Shown here: positions 24,919 to 34,534 of the stretch, one piece after another
Layout of the letters: every line of letters starts with the position of its first letter
How positions within the stretch are numbered: position 1 is the stretch's first letter
Assembly (NCBI GenBank): GCA_021404905.1
Contig: QWHN01000004.1
Location: 1-46,121 of the forward strand
Direction of reading: 5' to 3'
DNA from: Candidatus Saccharibacteria bacterium CPR2
GTDB lineage: Bacteria > Patescibacteriota > Saccharimonadia > Saccharimonadales > QWHN01
Length of the DNA: 46,121 nucleotides
Program-made: the position numbers and the translations under genes
The notes under the pieces: model-generated
Told to the model about the DNA's origin: nothing
The model's input: only the letters and a program-made list of their open reading frames with translations
Database searches by the model: none

Positions 24919-27606
24919 ATGGCTCTGCACAAGGACTTTCCTAGAGACCCATACGCAATTCTAGACCCTAGTATCAGATGGTTTCCTGCTGATGAGGACT
25001 TGCGTGATAAAGGCCACGAAAAACTTTTACCCCCTCTTGTTGCTGAACTTAGAAAAAAAGTAAAAGATTGGCGGAACGATAATTACAAAGGTGCTAGTGA
25101 AACTTCACAAGCCCTGCTTAACTGGTGGTTCAAAGAGGACCACATACTTTATAACGCAGATGGTACATCATTCAACTTCCGATACTACTTTGCACAAAGA
25201 GAGGCCTTGGAGACTGTTGTGTGGCTCTATGAGGTCGCTCAAGTAAAAGACAAGTATGATTTGATACGCTACAACTCTACAGGTGTTATAAGTGCTGGTA
25301 TGTTCCCTGAGGAATGGCTAAGGTTTGTAATAAAGATGGCCACTGGTGCAGGTAAGACCAAGGTTATGAGTCTCGTGTTAGCTTGGGCTTACTTTCACAG
25401 GCTATATGAGGACGATTCACAGCTTGCAAAGAACTTTTTACTAATAACACCCAACGTTATCGTCTTTGAAAGAATAAAGAACGATTTTGAGGGCTTAAAG
25501 ATTTTTTATCAGGACCCTATATTGCCTGAAAACGGTTATAGAGGCCAAAACTGGCAAGACGACTTCCAAGTTACCCTGCACCTACAAGATGAACTACGCA
25601 ATATATCTGATACTGGCAACATATTCTTAACAAACATTCACAGGGTGTTTGAAAGCGATGTTAGAGCACCTAGAGCTGATGACGAAGATTCAAGTGCATA
25701 TTTTCTTGGTAGCAAGCCAGTTACCAAAACCAATGATTCAACTGTTGATTTAGGAATGATTGTCAGGGATATTGACGAACTTATCGTTATAAACGACGAA
25801 GCCCACCATATCTGGGACGAGAAGATGGCTTGGGCTAAGTCTATTCAGGATATTGACAATCAGCTAAAGCAAAAAGGCTCTGGTCTTGCCCTGCAACTTG
25901 ACGTTACTGCAACACCAAAAAAGCGAGACGGTTCAATTTTTGTGCAAACAATATCTGACTACCCGCTTGTTGAAGCAATACACCAAAGAATTGTTAAAAA
26001 TCCAGTTGTGCCTGACGCTGCAAGCCGAGGCAAGCTACAAGAGAATCAGAGTTCATTGTTCAGCGAAAAGTATCGTGACTTTATAAACCTTGGTGTTGAG
26101 GAATGGAGAAAGACTTACAAGACCCTAGAGCCTATGGGCAAAAAGTCAATTCTGTTCATTATGACTGACGATACTAAGAATTGTGATGAGGTCGCTGGCT
26201 ATATCAAAGATACCTTTTCAGACTTACGAAACGCTGTGCTGACGATTCACACCAACAAAAGCGGTGATATATCCGAAACTACAAGCGGCAAGAACAAAGA
26301 CGAGCTTGAACTACTACGCAAACAAGCTAACGAAATAGATAGCTGGGAAAGCCCTTTCAAGGTCATTGTGTCGGTGATGATGCTAAAAGAAGGTTGGGAC
26401 GTAAAGAACGTTACTACCATTGTGGGACTACGTCCTTATGCTGCCGATTCAAAGATTCTACCCGAACAAACTCTAGGTCGTGGTCTAAGGCGAATGTTCT
26501 TTGGTAATGACGAAGTTGAAGAATATGTGAGCGTCATTGGTACTCCTGCGTTTATGGAGTTCGTTGAATCTATCAAGGGTGAAGGCGTGATACTTGAGAA
26601 GAAAGCTATGGGAACTGGTGCTAAACCTATTGCTCCAACAGTTATTGAAGTAGACCGAGAAAATCCAAACAAAGATATTGAAAAGTTGGACATAGAGATT
26701 CCTGTAATGACACCACGTATTGAACGTGAGTATAAGAACCTTGCAGACCTAGACGTTACGAAGTTTGACAACAAGCGTGTTGCCGTAAAAACCTTTAGTG
26801 AAGAAGAAAAGCGAGAGATTGTATTCAAGGACGTTGTTGGCGAAAGCCATCATCACACAACTGTTCTTAACGGTAACCTTACGCCGAACTACCAGAGCGT
26901 TGTTGGATTCTTTGTGCAAGCCATAATGCGAGAACTGAGGCTCTTTGGTTGTTACGATATTCTATTCGGCAAAGTGAAGGCTTTCATTGAACATCAACTG
27001 TTTGTGGAAGATATTGAGCTGACCGACTTGAATATACTTAGAAACTTATCAGAAGTTGAATACATCAAGTTGATACGAGAGACTTTCAAGAAAGCCATAA
27101 ACGAACTTACCGTACAGGATAGTGGTGACACCGAAATAAAGAACTACATTAAGATTAGCGAATCACGACCCTTCGTGGTAAACGACAAAGGATTCTTACT
27201 TCCCAAGAAATCAGTGTTTAATAAAATTGTCGGTGACGGTGGTTTTGAGCTTGAGTTCTCTGGATTTCTGGAAAGTTGCGACGATATAATTTCGTTTTCA
27301 AAGAACTTCCAGAACAAGGAAGCCAATGCCCTTAGGATTGAGTACAAGAACTCGGAAGGCTTCATAGCTTATTACTACCCCGATTTCTTTGTAAAGACTA
27401 CACCTAAGACTGTTTACATAGTAGAGACAAAAGGTCGCGAAGAAGAAGATGACAAACTTAAGTTTGAGCGGCTTGAGAAATGGTGTGATGACGTTAATAA
27501 CAGACAAAGCAAAATGTCCTACAAAGCAATTTACGTTAAGCAGTCTGAGTGGAACAAAGACAAGTTGAAGAACTTTGATGAAGTAGTTCGTGTATTTGGG
27601 GATTAG
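24919..27606 (+). CDS. res: Type III R-M restriction subunit (Res; SF2 helicase + PD-(D/E)xK)
   Basis: YFAQREA, KMATGAGKT, NDEAHH, TATP, LKEGWDV, EQTLGRGLR; C-terminal YYPDF..IVETKG. Confidence 0.92.
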   Translation: MALHKDFPRDPYAILDPSIRWFPADEDLRDKGHEKLLPPLVAELRKKVKDWRNDNYKGASETSQALLNWWFKEDHILYNADGTSFNFRYYFAQREALETVVWLYEVAQVKDKYDLIRYNSTGVISAGMFPEEWLRFVIKMATGAGKTKVMSLVLAWAYFHRLYEDDSQLAKNFLLITPNVIVFERIKNDFEGLKIFYQDPILPENGYRGQNWQDDFQVTLHLQDELRNISDTGNIFLTNIHRVFESDVRAPRADDEDSSAYFLGSKPVTKTNDSTVDLGMIVRDIDELIVINDEAHHIWDEKMAWAKSIQDIDNQLKQKGSGLALQLDVTATPKKRDGSIFVQTISDYPLVEAIHQRIVKNPVVPDAASRGKLQENQSSLFSEKYRDFINLGVEEWRKTYKTLEPMGKKSILFIMTDDTKNCDEVAGYIKDTFSDLRNAVLTIHTNKSGDISETTSGKNKDELELLRKQANEIDSWESPFKVIVSVMMLKEGWDVKNVTTIVGLRPYAADSKILPEQTLGRGLRRMFFGNDEVEEYVSVIGTPAFMEFVESIKGEGVILEKKAMGTGAKPIAPTVIEVDRENPNKDIEKLDIEIPVMTPRIEREYKNLADLDVTKFDNKRVAVKTFSEEEKREIVFKDVVGESHHHTTVLNGNLTPNYQSVVGFFVQAIMRELRLFGCYDILFGKVKAFIEHQLFVEDIELTDLNILRNLSEVEYIKLIRETFKKAINELTVQDSGDTEIKNYIKISESRPFVVNDKGFLLPKKSVFNKIVGDGGFELEFSGFLESCDDIISFSKNFQNKEANALRIEYKNSEGFIAYYYPDFFVKTTPKTVYIVETKGREEEDDKLKFERLEKWCDDVNNRQSKMSYKAIYVKQSEWNKDKLKNFDEVVRVFGD

Positions 27607-27612
27607 GTTGAT

Positions 27613-28347
27613 ATGTCGCTCTCACCGGAAGATAAGTATCATCTGGATAAGTGGTGGCTACTGCAAGAGTTAAAAGCTGAATATCTAGTATCGGACTCTT
27701 ACGAGCTGAGTACCGTATTCCATCTAAGAGAAAATAACGCACCAACTAAGCTAGTTCAGGAGAGATTATTAAAGCAGCTAGCTTCTAAAGAAGCATTTGA
27801 GCTAGAGAAGATTGACGACAATTCGTACAAGGTTGTGTTTTTGCATAACTTCACAAAAGCATATAACGCTACGGACCTTTGGTTTAGAGACTTCTATGCG
27901 ACAACGGGCATAAAACCAGAATATGAAACAATTCCTACCGCAAAGCCAGAGTTAATTACCGTTAGGCTATCAAAAGAAGGCAGAGGGCTGTGGTTAGTTG
28001 CTGGTGAAGATGACCAAGTATTACTAAATAGATTCGCGTCTAATAGGCCACCTGACTTGATATTTGGCTATTTAATAAACAATAGGCCTGGTTCATTAGT
28101 TAGATTGGGCGAACTTAAAAGAGAATTTGAGAATGTGGGGAAAGTTAGTAATTTAGAGGACCTGGTGCGTAAGGTTGGGTTTGATAAAGAACTTAAAAAA
28201 CTATTCTTCAAACGCTCTGGAGCCAAAGAATTAGAGCTAACAAATCCAATTCAAATTACTGGTTCTGAGTGGCAAGAAATAAAGCAAAAATTGGAAACGT
28301 CAAGAACCGGCAAAAAACCGGCAAGTTCAAACTCTAGCAAACTGTAG
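27613..28347 (+). CDS. Hypothetical protein (possible C-terminal winged helix)
   Basis: 244-aa ORF 6 nt after res; no clear motif. Confidence 0.5.
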   Translation: MSLSPEDKYHLDKWWLLQELKAEYLVSDSYELSTVFHLRENNAPTKLVQERLLKQLASKEAFELEKIDDNSYKVVFLHNFTKAYNATDLWFRDFYATTGIKPEYETIPTAKPELITVRLSKEGRGLWLVAGEDDQVLLNRFASNRPPDLIFGYLINNRPGSLVRLGELKREFENVGKVSNLEDLVRKVGFDKELKKLFFKRSGAKELELTNPIQITGSEWQEIKQKLETSRTGKKPASSNSSKL

Positions 28348-28421
28348 CAAAATTCAATTCTCAAAAATCATTCCGGCGTTGCCTGAAAGCATTTTTTGTA
28401 ACCCCTATACTTCCGCTTGCA

Positions 28422-28598
28422 ATGAACAGCAAGCAGGACAAAATCATAACAACTAGCGAAATGCGAAAGCTACTTGGAAAGGAGTATGCCAGCATTTCAG
28501 ACAGTGAGGTTGACACTGTCATAGTTCAGCTTGAGTTGATGGCAGAAATAGCAATTAAACGCATCAAGAAAGACCTCGTGGTTCCAAAGTCTACGTAG
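28422..28598 (+). CDS. 58-aa protein upstream of the serine recombinase (missing from the ORF track)
   Basis: MNSKQDKIITTSEMRKLLGKEYASISDSEVDTVIVQLELMAEIAIKRIKKDLVVPKST*, ATG 28422 to TAG 28598. Confidence 0.55.
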   Translation: MNSKQDKIITTSEMRKLLGKEYASISDSEVDTVIVQLELMAEIAIKRIKKDLVVPKST

Positions 28599-28642
28599 GT
28601 TACTTGTATGCAGTTTTTAATAGAACATAATAGGGGTTACAA

Positions 28643-30274
28643 ATGAAAGTCGTAATTTACACAAGGGTCTCTACGGTTGAGCAGGCTGAAAAGAATAAGA
28701 GCCTAGAGGTCCAGGAAAAAGCCTGCCGTGACTATGTCGCAAGACATAACTTAGGTGATGTTGTTGAGGTTTACAAAGAAGAAGGAGAAAGTGCCAAGAC
28801 AGCTAATCGTACTCAATTAAAAAGAATGTTAAGGGAGTTGGCTAGCGACCATAAAGAAGTCAGGCATTTGATAGTCTTTAAGTTGGATAGGCTGGCAAGA
28901 CGAACAGAGGACCACATAGCATTAGCAAACATACTTGTTAAGCTGGGAGTTAAACTACACTCCGCTACAGAAGTCCTTGAGGACACACCGTCAGGTAAGT
29001 TAATGGAGCATATACTTGCATCGTTTGCTGAGTTTGATAATTCAGTACGTTCTGAGCGTTCAGCCAAAGGAATGATGGCTAGATTACAAGAAGGTGGCTG
29101 GGTACACTTAGCACCGATTGGCTACAGAAATATCAAGGACTCACTAGGTCGTCCTACTGTAGAGCCTGATGAAATGGCTAAACCAGTACAAAAATTCCTT
29201 AAAGACTTTGCAAAAGGATTATACAACCAAGACAACGCTGCTGAGTTAGCAGCAACAAAGTACAAAATAAAGGCCAGAAGCTACAGTATAGTCAACGGTA
29301 AACGTAAGTACAGTAAAAACTACGATAAACCTGTTGGGAAAAGCACGGTCTACTCTATGCTTAGAAATCCTTTGTATGCAGGATACGTAACCGGCAAAGG
29401 TATTGACGAACCAATCAAGGGTCTGCATATGCACAATGCTCTGATAACAAAAGATGAGTTTGATGCAATTCAGATGATATTAACTGGTACCGATAAGCCA
29501 GTGTTGCGACCCTATGGGGTTAATAAAGAATACTGGCCATTACGTAGGTACTTACGTTGTGCTTACTGCAATAGCCATCTTACAGGTAGCAGGTCTAAAG
29601 GTAGAAATGATACTTATGAGTACTACCACTGCACAAGGTGCAAGGGTGTAAAAGTTAAAGGCGAGACATATAAGCACCTTACCTTGCCTCGTCAGACTGT
29701 ACACGATGCTTATCTGAGACTTATGGAGGGCGTTCAGCCCTCCGTAGGTGCCTTGCGAGCCTTCAAAGAGATTGTTGTGCGTAAATGGAATGCTGATTAT
29801 GCTGCTACCATTGCAAGACGTGGCAGTGTTGAGGCTGACATTTCTGCACTGGACAAGAAAAAGTCTGACTTAATTGAGATGTGTCGTGTTAGTACGATAA
29901 CTGAGGACGAGCTAAAGAACGAGAGAGACAAGATTGCCATTGACCGCTCCAGACTTGAACTAGAGCTCTTAGAAATCAAACAAGAGTTTATTGACACTGA
30001 CCGTGTACTAAATTTGGCTATAGATTTTATGGCAAACGTTGCCAGTATGTGGTCTACAGCACAGGACGACGACAGAGTACGGTTCCAATATATGGCTTTA
30101 CCTGAGGGTGTGACGATAAACGCAAACAAAAAATTTGGAACCGTCAAAATTGGTCTGCCATTTAAGCAAGCTAAAGTGTTAGAAGCCAAGTTATCTGCAT
30201 CAAAAAAGACCCAAAGTAACTCTGAGTCTTTTATGGTGACCCCAGGGGGAATCGAACCCCCGTTTTCAGGATGA
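28643..30274 (+). CDS. Large serine recombinase (integrase)
   Basis: YTRVST (catalytic Ser), KLDRLAR, recombinase domain APIGY, Zn ribbon CAYC...YYHCTRC, coiled coil; the last 13 codons are antisense to the tRNA. Confidence 0.93.
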   Translation: MKVVIYTRVSTVEQAEKNKSLEVQEKACRDYVARHNLGDVVEVYKEEGESAKTANRTQLKRMLRELASDHKEVRHLIVFKLDRLARRTEDHIALANILVKLGVKLHSATEVLEDTPSGKLMEHILASFAEFDNSVRSERSAKGMMARLQEGGWVHLAPIGYRNIKDSLGRPTVEPDEMAKPVQKFLKDFAKGLYNQDNAAELAATKYKIKARSYSIVNGKRKYSKNYDKPVGKSTVYSMLRNPLYAGYVTGKGIDEPIKGLHMHNALITKDEFDAIQMILTGTDKPVLRPYGVNKEYWPLRRYLRCAYCNSHLTGSRSKGRNDTYEYYHCTRCKGVKVKGETYKHLTLPRQTVHDAYLRLMEGVQPSVGALRAFKEIVVRKWNADYAATIARRGSVEADISALDKKKSDLIEMCRVSTITEDELKNERDKIAIDRSRLELELLEIKQEFIDTDRVLNLAIDFMANVASMWSTAQDDDRVRFQYMALPEGVTINANKKFGTVKIGLPFKQAKVLEAKLSASKKTQSNSESFMVTPGGIEPPFSG

Positions 30275-30309
30275 AAACCTGATGTCCTAGGCCACTAGAC
30301 GATGGGGCC
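30234..30309 (-). tRNA. tRNA-Glu (TTC)
   Basis: GGCCCCATCGTCTAGTGGCCTAGGACATCAGGTTTTCATCCTGAAAACGGGGGTTCGATTCCCCCTGGGGTCACCA: 76 nt, cloverleaf, encoded CCA. Confidence 0.97.
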
Positions 30310-30561
30310 TCGTCGGAGTTCACTGTCAACTTTCGCATAGAGTTTAAAAACTCTCAATGCTTCAGTTTTTCGTCACTCCTCCTCTCAATTACTCAAACAT
30401 CTGCCAAAAGGCGGATTGGTTTGATTAATTATACAGAAGAAACAAGCGCATTCTATCATAATTACTGGGGTAGAACAACAAACAAACGTTTTCATTTGGA
30501 AAAACTTGAATTCAAAAAACCTCTGGAAGTATGTGCTAAAGCTTTGCTAAACTTGTTTGGG

Positions 30562-32010
30562 ATGAATCCATTTAAAAAAAATAACAAACAAAGAGCACCG
30601 GAAATACCACCTCATAAATTCAAGAGAACAAAGATCATAGCAACAGTTGGGCCATCTACTAACACCTATGAATCAATAATAGAGATGATCAAAGCCGGTG
30701 CCAATGCCATAAGATGCAATTTCTCGCATGGAAACCACGAGGAATGGGTTCAGATAGTAAAACTAATACGTAAAGCCTCCAAAGCGCATTCGAAGCCAGT
30801 TGCCATTATTCAAGACTTACAGGGGCCGAAAATGAGATTGGGAGATTTTGACGGAATTATTAATGTTGAGAAACATCAGGTTTTGCAGTTTGGGTATAAC
30901 TCAGATTACGATCCAACGGGAATAATTCCGACCCAATACGATCTAAGTAAAAAGGTTGAGCGAGGGCATAGATTATTACTATGCGACGGGCGCATTAGAA
31001 CAGAGGTGATAAGCGTTAAAAATGGGGTTATCTACGCGAAAGCCTTAAACGATGGCGTGTTAACAAAAAGAAAAGGCATAAACCTACCCGACACAGACTT
31101 TGAGGGAGATATTCTTACTCAAAAAGACAGGGCTGATATAACTTTCGGAGCCCAGAACGATTTTGACTACGTGGCTCTTTCTTTCCTGCAAACTGCGAAT
31201 GACGTCGAAAAACTCAGAAAGATTCTGAAAAACCACAACAGCACTGCCAAGATTATTTCCAAGATAGAAACCCATGCGGCAGTTGAAAATATTGAAGAGA
31301 TTGTCGAAGCCAGCGATGCTGTTATGGTCGCAAGGGGCGATCTGGCAAATGAGACTTCGCCGGAATCGGTGCCGATTGTTACCAGGAAAATCATCGGACT
31401 TTGCCAGGATAAGGGGAAAATATCTATCGTTGCAACCCAGATGCTAGGAAGCATGACTACCGAGCCTGAGCCAACCAGGGCTGAAATGTCAGATATTGCC
31501 ACCGCTGTAATAGTCGGTGCGGATTGTTTAATGTTGAGTGATGAGACCGCCAGCGGTAAATATCCCATAGAAGCGATTAGCGTCATGAAAAGAGGTATTT
31601 TGTATACACAGGAAAACTCACCTCTTACTCCTCTGTTTATTAAACACGAAGACAACAGAGTGCAGAGCGCGATCTCCTCGGCCGTTATTACTCTTGCGCA
31701 CCAAGTTAAAGCCAAGGCAATAGTTGCCGAAACTCATTCTGGGGCAACAGCGCTTAACATTGCTTCTCACCGCCCCAATATGCCGATTATTATGGTTACG
31801 CAATCCCCCAGAGTGGCTCAACAACTGGCAATTGTATATGGCGGGAAAGTTTTCACCAGGAGTGAAACTAAAGGTACGTCTCAAAAATTAACAGATTGGC
31901 TACATCGACAAAAAGTGTTTTCACCTGGCGATATCATCGTATCTGCCAGTGGCATGTATCCTGGCAAAGTCGGTGGAACTGACACCATTAAAGTACGCGT
32001 ACTAGAGTAA
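30562..32010 (+). CDS. pyk: Pyruvate kinase
   Basis: RTKIIATVGP, NFSHG, QDLQGPKMR, ISKIE, MVARGDL, ATQML.SM, PTRAE, MLSDETA. Start trimmed to the ATG at 30562. Confidence 0.96.
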   Translation: MNPFKKNNKQRAPEIPPHKFKRTKIIATVGPSTNTYESIIEMIKAGANAIRCNFSHGNHEEWVQIVKLIRKASKAHSKPVAIIQDLQGPKMRLGDFDGIINVEKHQVLQFGYNSDYDPTGIIPTQYDLSKKVERGHRLLLCDGRIRTEVISVKNGVIYAKALNDGVLTKRKGINLPDTDFEGDILTQKDRADITFGAQNDFDYVALSFLQTANDVEKLRKILKNHNSTAKIISKIETHAAVENIEEIVEASDAVMVARGDLANETSPESVPIVTRKIIGLCQDKGKISIVATQMLGSMTTEPEPTRAEMSDIATAVIVGADCLMLSDETASGKYPIEAISVMKRGILYTQENSPLTPLFIKHEDNRVQSAISSAVITLAHQVKAKAIVAETHSGATALNIASHRPNMPIIMVTQSPRVAQQLAIVYGGKVFTRSETKGTSQKLTDWLHRQKVFSPGDIIVSASGMYPGKVGGTDTIKVRVLE

Positions 32011-32069
32011 TTTTGTTTTCTTTAAGTTATCTGAAGTACAATTGATATGTCATTAATTGGACTTTTTAG

Positions 32070-33338
32070 GTGATAACCAAAAATTACCCGGAACTGGCAA
32101 CCAACGAAATACGCAAGGATGCTCTGGATATTGTCGAAGCGGGGTTTGGGGCTATAAGAGTAGAGAAGCTTATAAGATCAAGCATTTCACTGGATAGAAA
32201 CAGCCTTAAACTCTCAACTAACACTTATGATCTAAATAAGTTTAAACATATTTATTTGTTTGGGATCGGTAAGGGCTCGGCTCGCGCGGTTAGGGAAATA
32301 GAGAATGTTGTCGGTCCAGATAGAATTACCGCCGGACATGTTATAGATATACAAAAAACTGAGCTCAAAAAAGTAAAAAGCCACGTTGGCACTCACCCGC
32401 TGCCGTCAGATAAGAATATTCAGGCAACAAAGAAGATTATCAAGACTCTTGAGAGTGCAGGCGAAAATGATCTTGTAATTGTGATGATCTGTGGAGGTGG
32501 CTCCGCTCTAATGACAAAATTGGCCAATCTTAGCTGTCTTGAGGCTCAGTTTATTTCTAAAGTGTTGTTAATGCAGGAAGCTAAAATTCAGGAGATAAAT
32601 ACAGTCAGGAAACATATTTCACAAATTCATGGGGGCTATTTTGCAAAATATGCCTATCCAGCATCAGTGCAAACTCTAATCATATCTGATGTGCCGGACA
32701 ATGACTTATCCAGCATTGCTTCTGGTCCGACGGTGATGGATCTAACCACTAAAGAAGAGGCCGAAACGGTTGCGAAAAAATATGGCCTGCCTAAGTTTGA
32801 ATTTACAGAGACGCCTAAGGAGAATAAGTATTTCAAGAAAGTGAAAAACAACATAATCGCTAGTGGTCAAACCGCGCTTGAAGCAATGGAGAATAGAGCA
32901 AAAGAACTGGGCTACCATCCTAGAACAAAAAGCGCGAATTTATCGGGAATTGCCAAAGAAGTTGGCGACGAACTGGCAAAAGAAGTCAGGCCCGGAGAAG
33001 CACTTATGGCAGCTGGGGAAACTGTTGTTAAGGTGAATTTTCCAGGAAGAGGGGGCCGCAATCAAGAAGTTGCTTTAGGCTCGGTAGCAGCCCTCAAAGA
33101 AGGGACGGCAATTGTATCCGTAAATAGTGACGGAAAAGACAATATGCCGGTGGCTGGAGCAATTGTGGATTACTATCAAACCAGAAAAAAACTGGCAAAA
33201 ATTAATAAGTCTCCCAGAGAATATCTTCATAGAAATAATAGTTATGAATTGCTCGAGGAGCTTGACGACCTTATTCATATAGAAAAAGTAACGGCCAACG
33301 TCGCCGATTTTATGGTTGCCGTAAGGAGGGCTGAATGA
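32070..33338 (+). CDS. Glycerate 2-kinase (DUF4147/MOFRL family)
   Basis: GIGKGS, GTHPLP, ICGGGSAL, INTVRKHIS..GG, IISDV, IASGPT, GETVV, GGRNQE, SDGKD, TANVAD. Confidence 0.88.
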   Translation: MITKNYPELATNEIRKDALDIVEAGFGAIRVEKLIRSSISLDRNSLKLSTNTYDLNKFKHIYLFGIGKGSARAVREIENVVGPDRITAGHVIDIQKTELKKVKSHVGTHPLPSDKNIQATKKIIKTLESAGENDLVIVMICGGGSALMTKLANLSCLEAQFISKVLLMQEAKIQEINTVRKHISQIHGGYFAKYAYPASVQTLIISDVPDNDLSSIASGPTVMDLTTKEEAETVAKKYGLPKFEFTETPKENKYFKKVKNNIIASGQTALEAMENRAKELGYHPRTKSANLSGIAKEVGDELAKEVRPGEALMAAGETVVKVNFPGRGGRNQEVALGSVAALKEGTAIVSVNSDGKDNMPVAGAIVDYYQTRKKLAKINKSPREYLHRNNSYELLEELDDLIHIEKVTANVADFMVAVRRAE

Positions 33339-34534
33339 AAATAACAGATATTAAAGCGCGAGAAATCTTGGATTCCAGAGGCAATCCGACTCTTGAAGTT
33401 TCAATGATGAACGACAAGGGGCAAAGCGTAGTTTTTGGAGTTCCATCTGGAGCCAGCACTGGCGAAAAAGAGGCTCTTGAGAGAAGAGATGGCGACATTA
33501 ACAGATACAATGGCATGGGAGTAAAAAATTGCGTTGATGAAATTGAGAATAATTTGAAAGAGGGTTTAATGCGGATACCTCTAGGTGATCAGAGCGAATT
33601 TGATGGTGCATTAGCCACATTTGACCCTAGCGAAAAGAAGGAGAAACTCGGCGCCAATACAATGCTTGGGTTAAGTGGGGCCTATCTTAAACTAAGTGCC
33701 TTGTCATCTGGGCAAAAACTTTGGCAATATATATCTGAAATTAGTAAATCCGGGCCCAGTCTCCCCAGAATTTATGCGAACCTGATTAACGGGGGTAAAC
33801 ATGCTCCTGGTTTGGATATACAAGAGGTAATGGTCGTTCCCAAAGAAACTCGGCCCAGTGTCGCGGTAGAACAAATTGTATCTTTTCGCAGGGAACTGGC
33901 AAAAAAGCTATCTGAGGAATATGGAGAAAGTAGCTTATTAATTGGAGATGAGGGCGGGTTTGTCCCGCAAAACGCGCGCCACGCCAAGGTGCTTGCCATT
34001 TTCAGTAGCATTGAAGGTGATTTTGAAATCGCTCTTGACGTAGCAGCAAGCTCGTTTTATGAAAATGGTAAATATCATTTTGAGGGGAAGGATGTCACCG
34101 CCGAAGAATTAGGAGGATGGTACCAGGCGAATTCGAATAATATTTTATCTGTTGAAGATCCGTTTGAAGAGCATGACAGCGAATCTTTTGCGAATTTGGC
34201 TTCAAACGCATCGTTTTTTGTCATTGGCGATGACCTAACAGTGACATCGGCTACTCTTATAGATGAGTTTGCGACAAAAAGTGCTATTAGTGGAGTGATT
34301 ATTAAGCCAAATCAGATAGGAACAATTAGCGAAACGCTGGCGGCTGTTGCCGCGGCGCAAGCGAGCGATGTTAAAATAATAGTCAGCCACAGGAGTGGTG
34401 AAACCAACGATGATTTTATAGCTGATCTGGCGTGTGGTATTGGGGCTTTTGGCATAAAGATCGGAGCGCCTGTCAGAGGTGAGCGAGTTGCAAAATATAA
34501 CAGATTACTGCAAATAGAAAAGGAGGGATTATAA
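33335..34534 (+). CDS. eno: Enolase
   Basis: REILDSRGNPT, VPSGASTG, NGGKHA, GDEGG, VEDP, IGDDL, IKPNQIG, SHRSGET, GERVAKYNRLL. Confidence 0.97.
   Translation: MKITDIKAREILDSRGNPTLEVSMMNDKGQSVVFGVPSGASTGEKEALERRDGDINRYNGMGVKNCVDEIENNLKEGLMRIPLGDQSEFDGALATFDPSEKKEKLGANTMLGLSGAYLKLSALSSGQKLWQYISEISKSGPSLPRIYANLINGGKHAPGLDIQEVMVVPKETRPSVAVEQIVSFRRELAKKLSEEYGESSLLIGDEGGFVPQNARHAKVLAIFSSIEGDFEIALDVAASSFYENGKYHFEGKDVTAEELGGWYQANSNNILSVEDPFEEHDSESFANLASNASFFVIGDDLTVTSATLIDEFATKSAISGVIIKPNQIGTISETLAAVAAAQASDVKIIVSHRSGETNDDFIADLACGIGAFGIKIGAPVRGERVAKYNRLLQIEKEGL

Larger units (their letters stand above)
18603..30250. mobile_element. Genomic island (about 11.6 kb) integrated at the 3' end of tRNA-Glu
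   Basis: Direct repeat TGGYGACCCCAGGGGGA at both ends; serine recombinase abuts the tRNA; defence-type cargo. Confidence 0.85.

Noticed and set aside
30421-30561. ORF-track N-terminal extensions of pyk (also pgk 40795, tyrosine recombinase 21439, LysM 15879, RAYT 6247)
   Set aside because: Extensions precede the family N-termini or overlap other features; downstream ATGs fit better.
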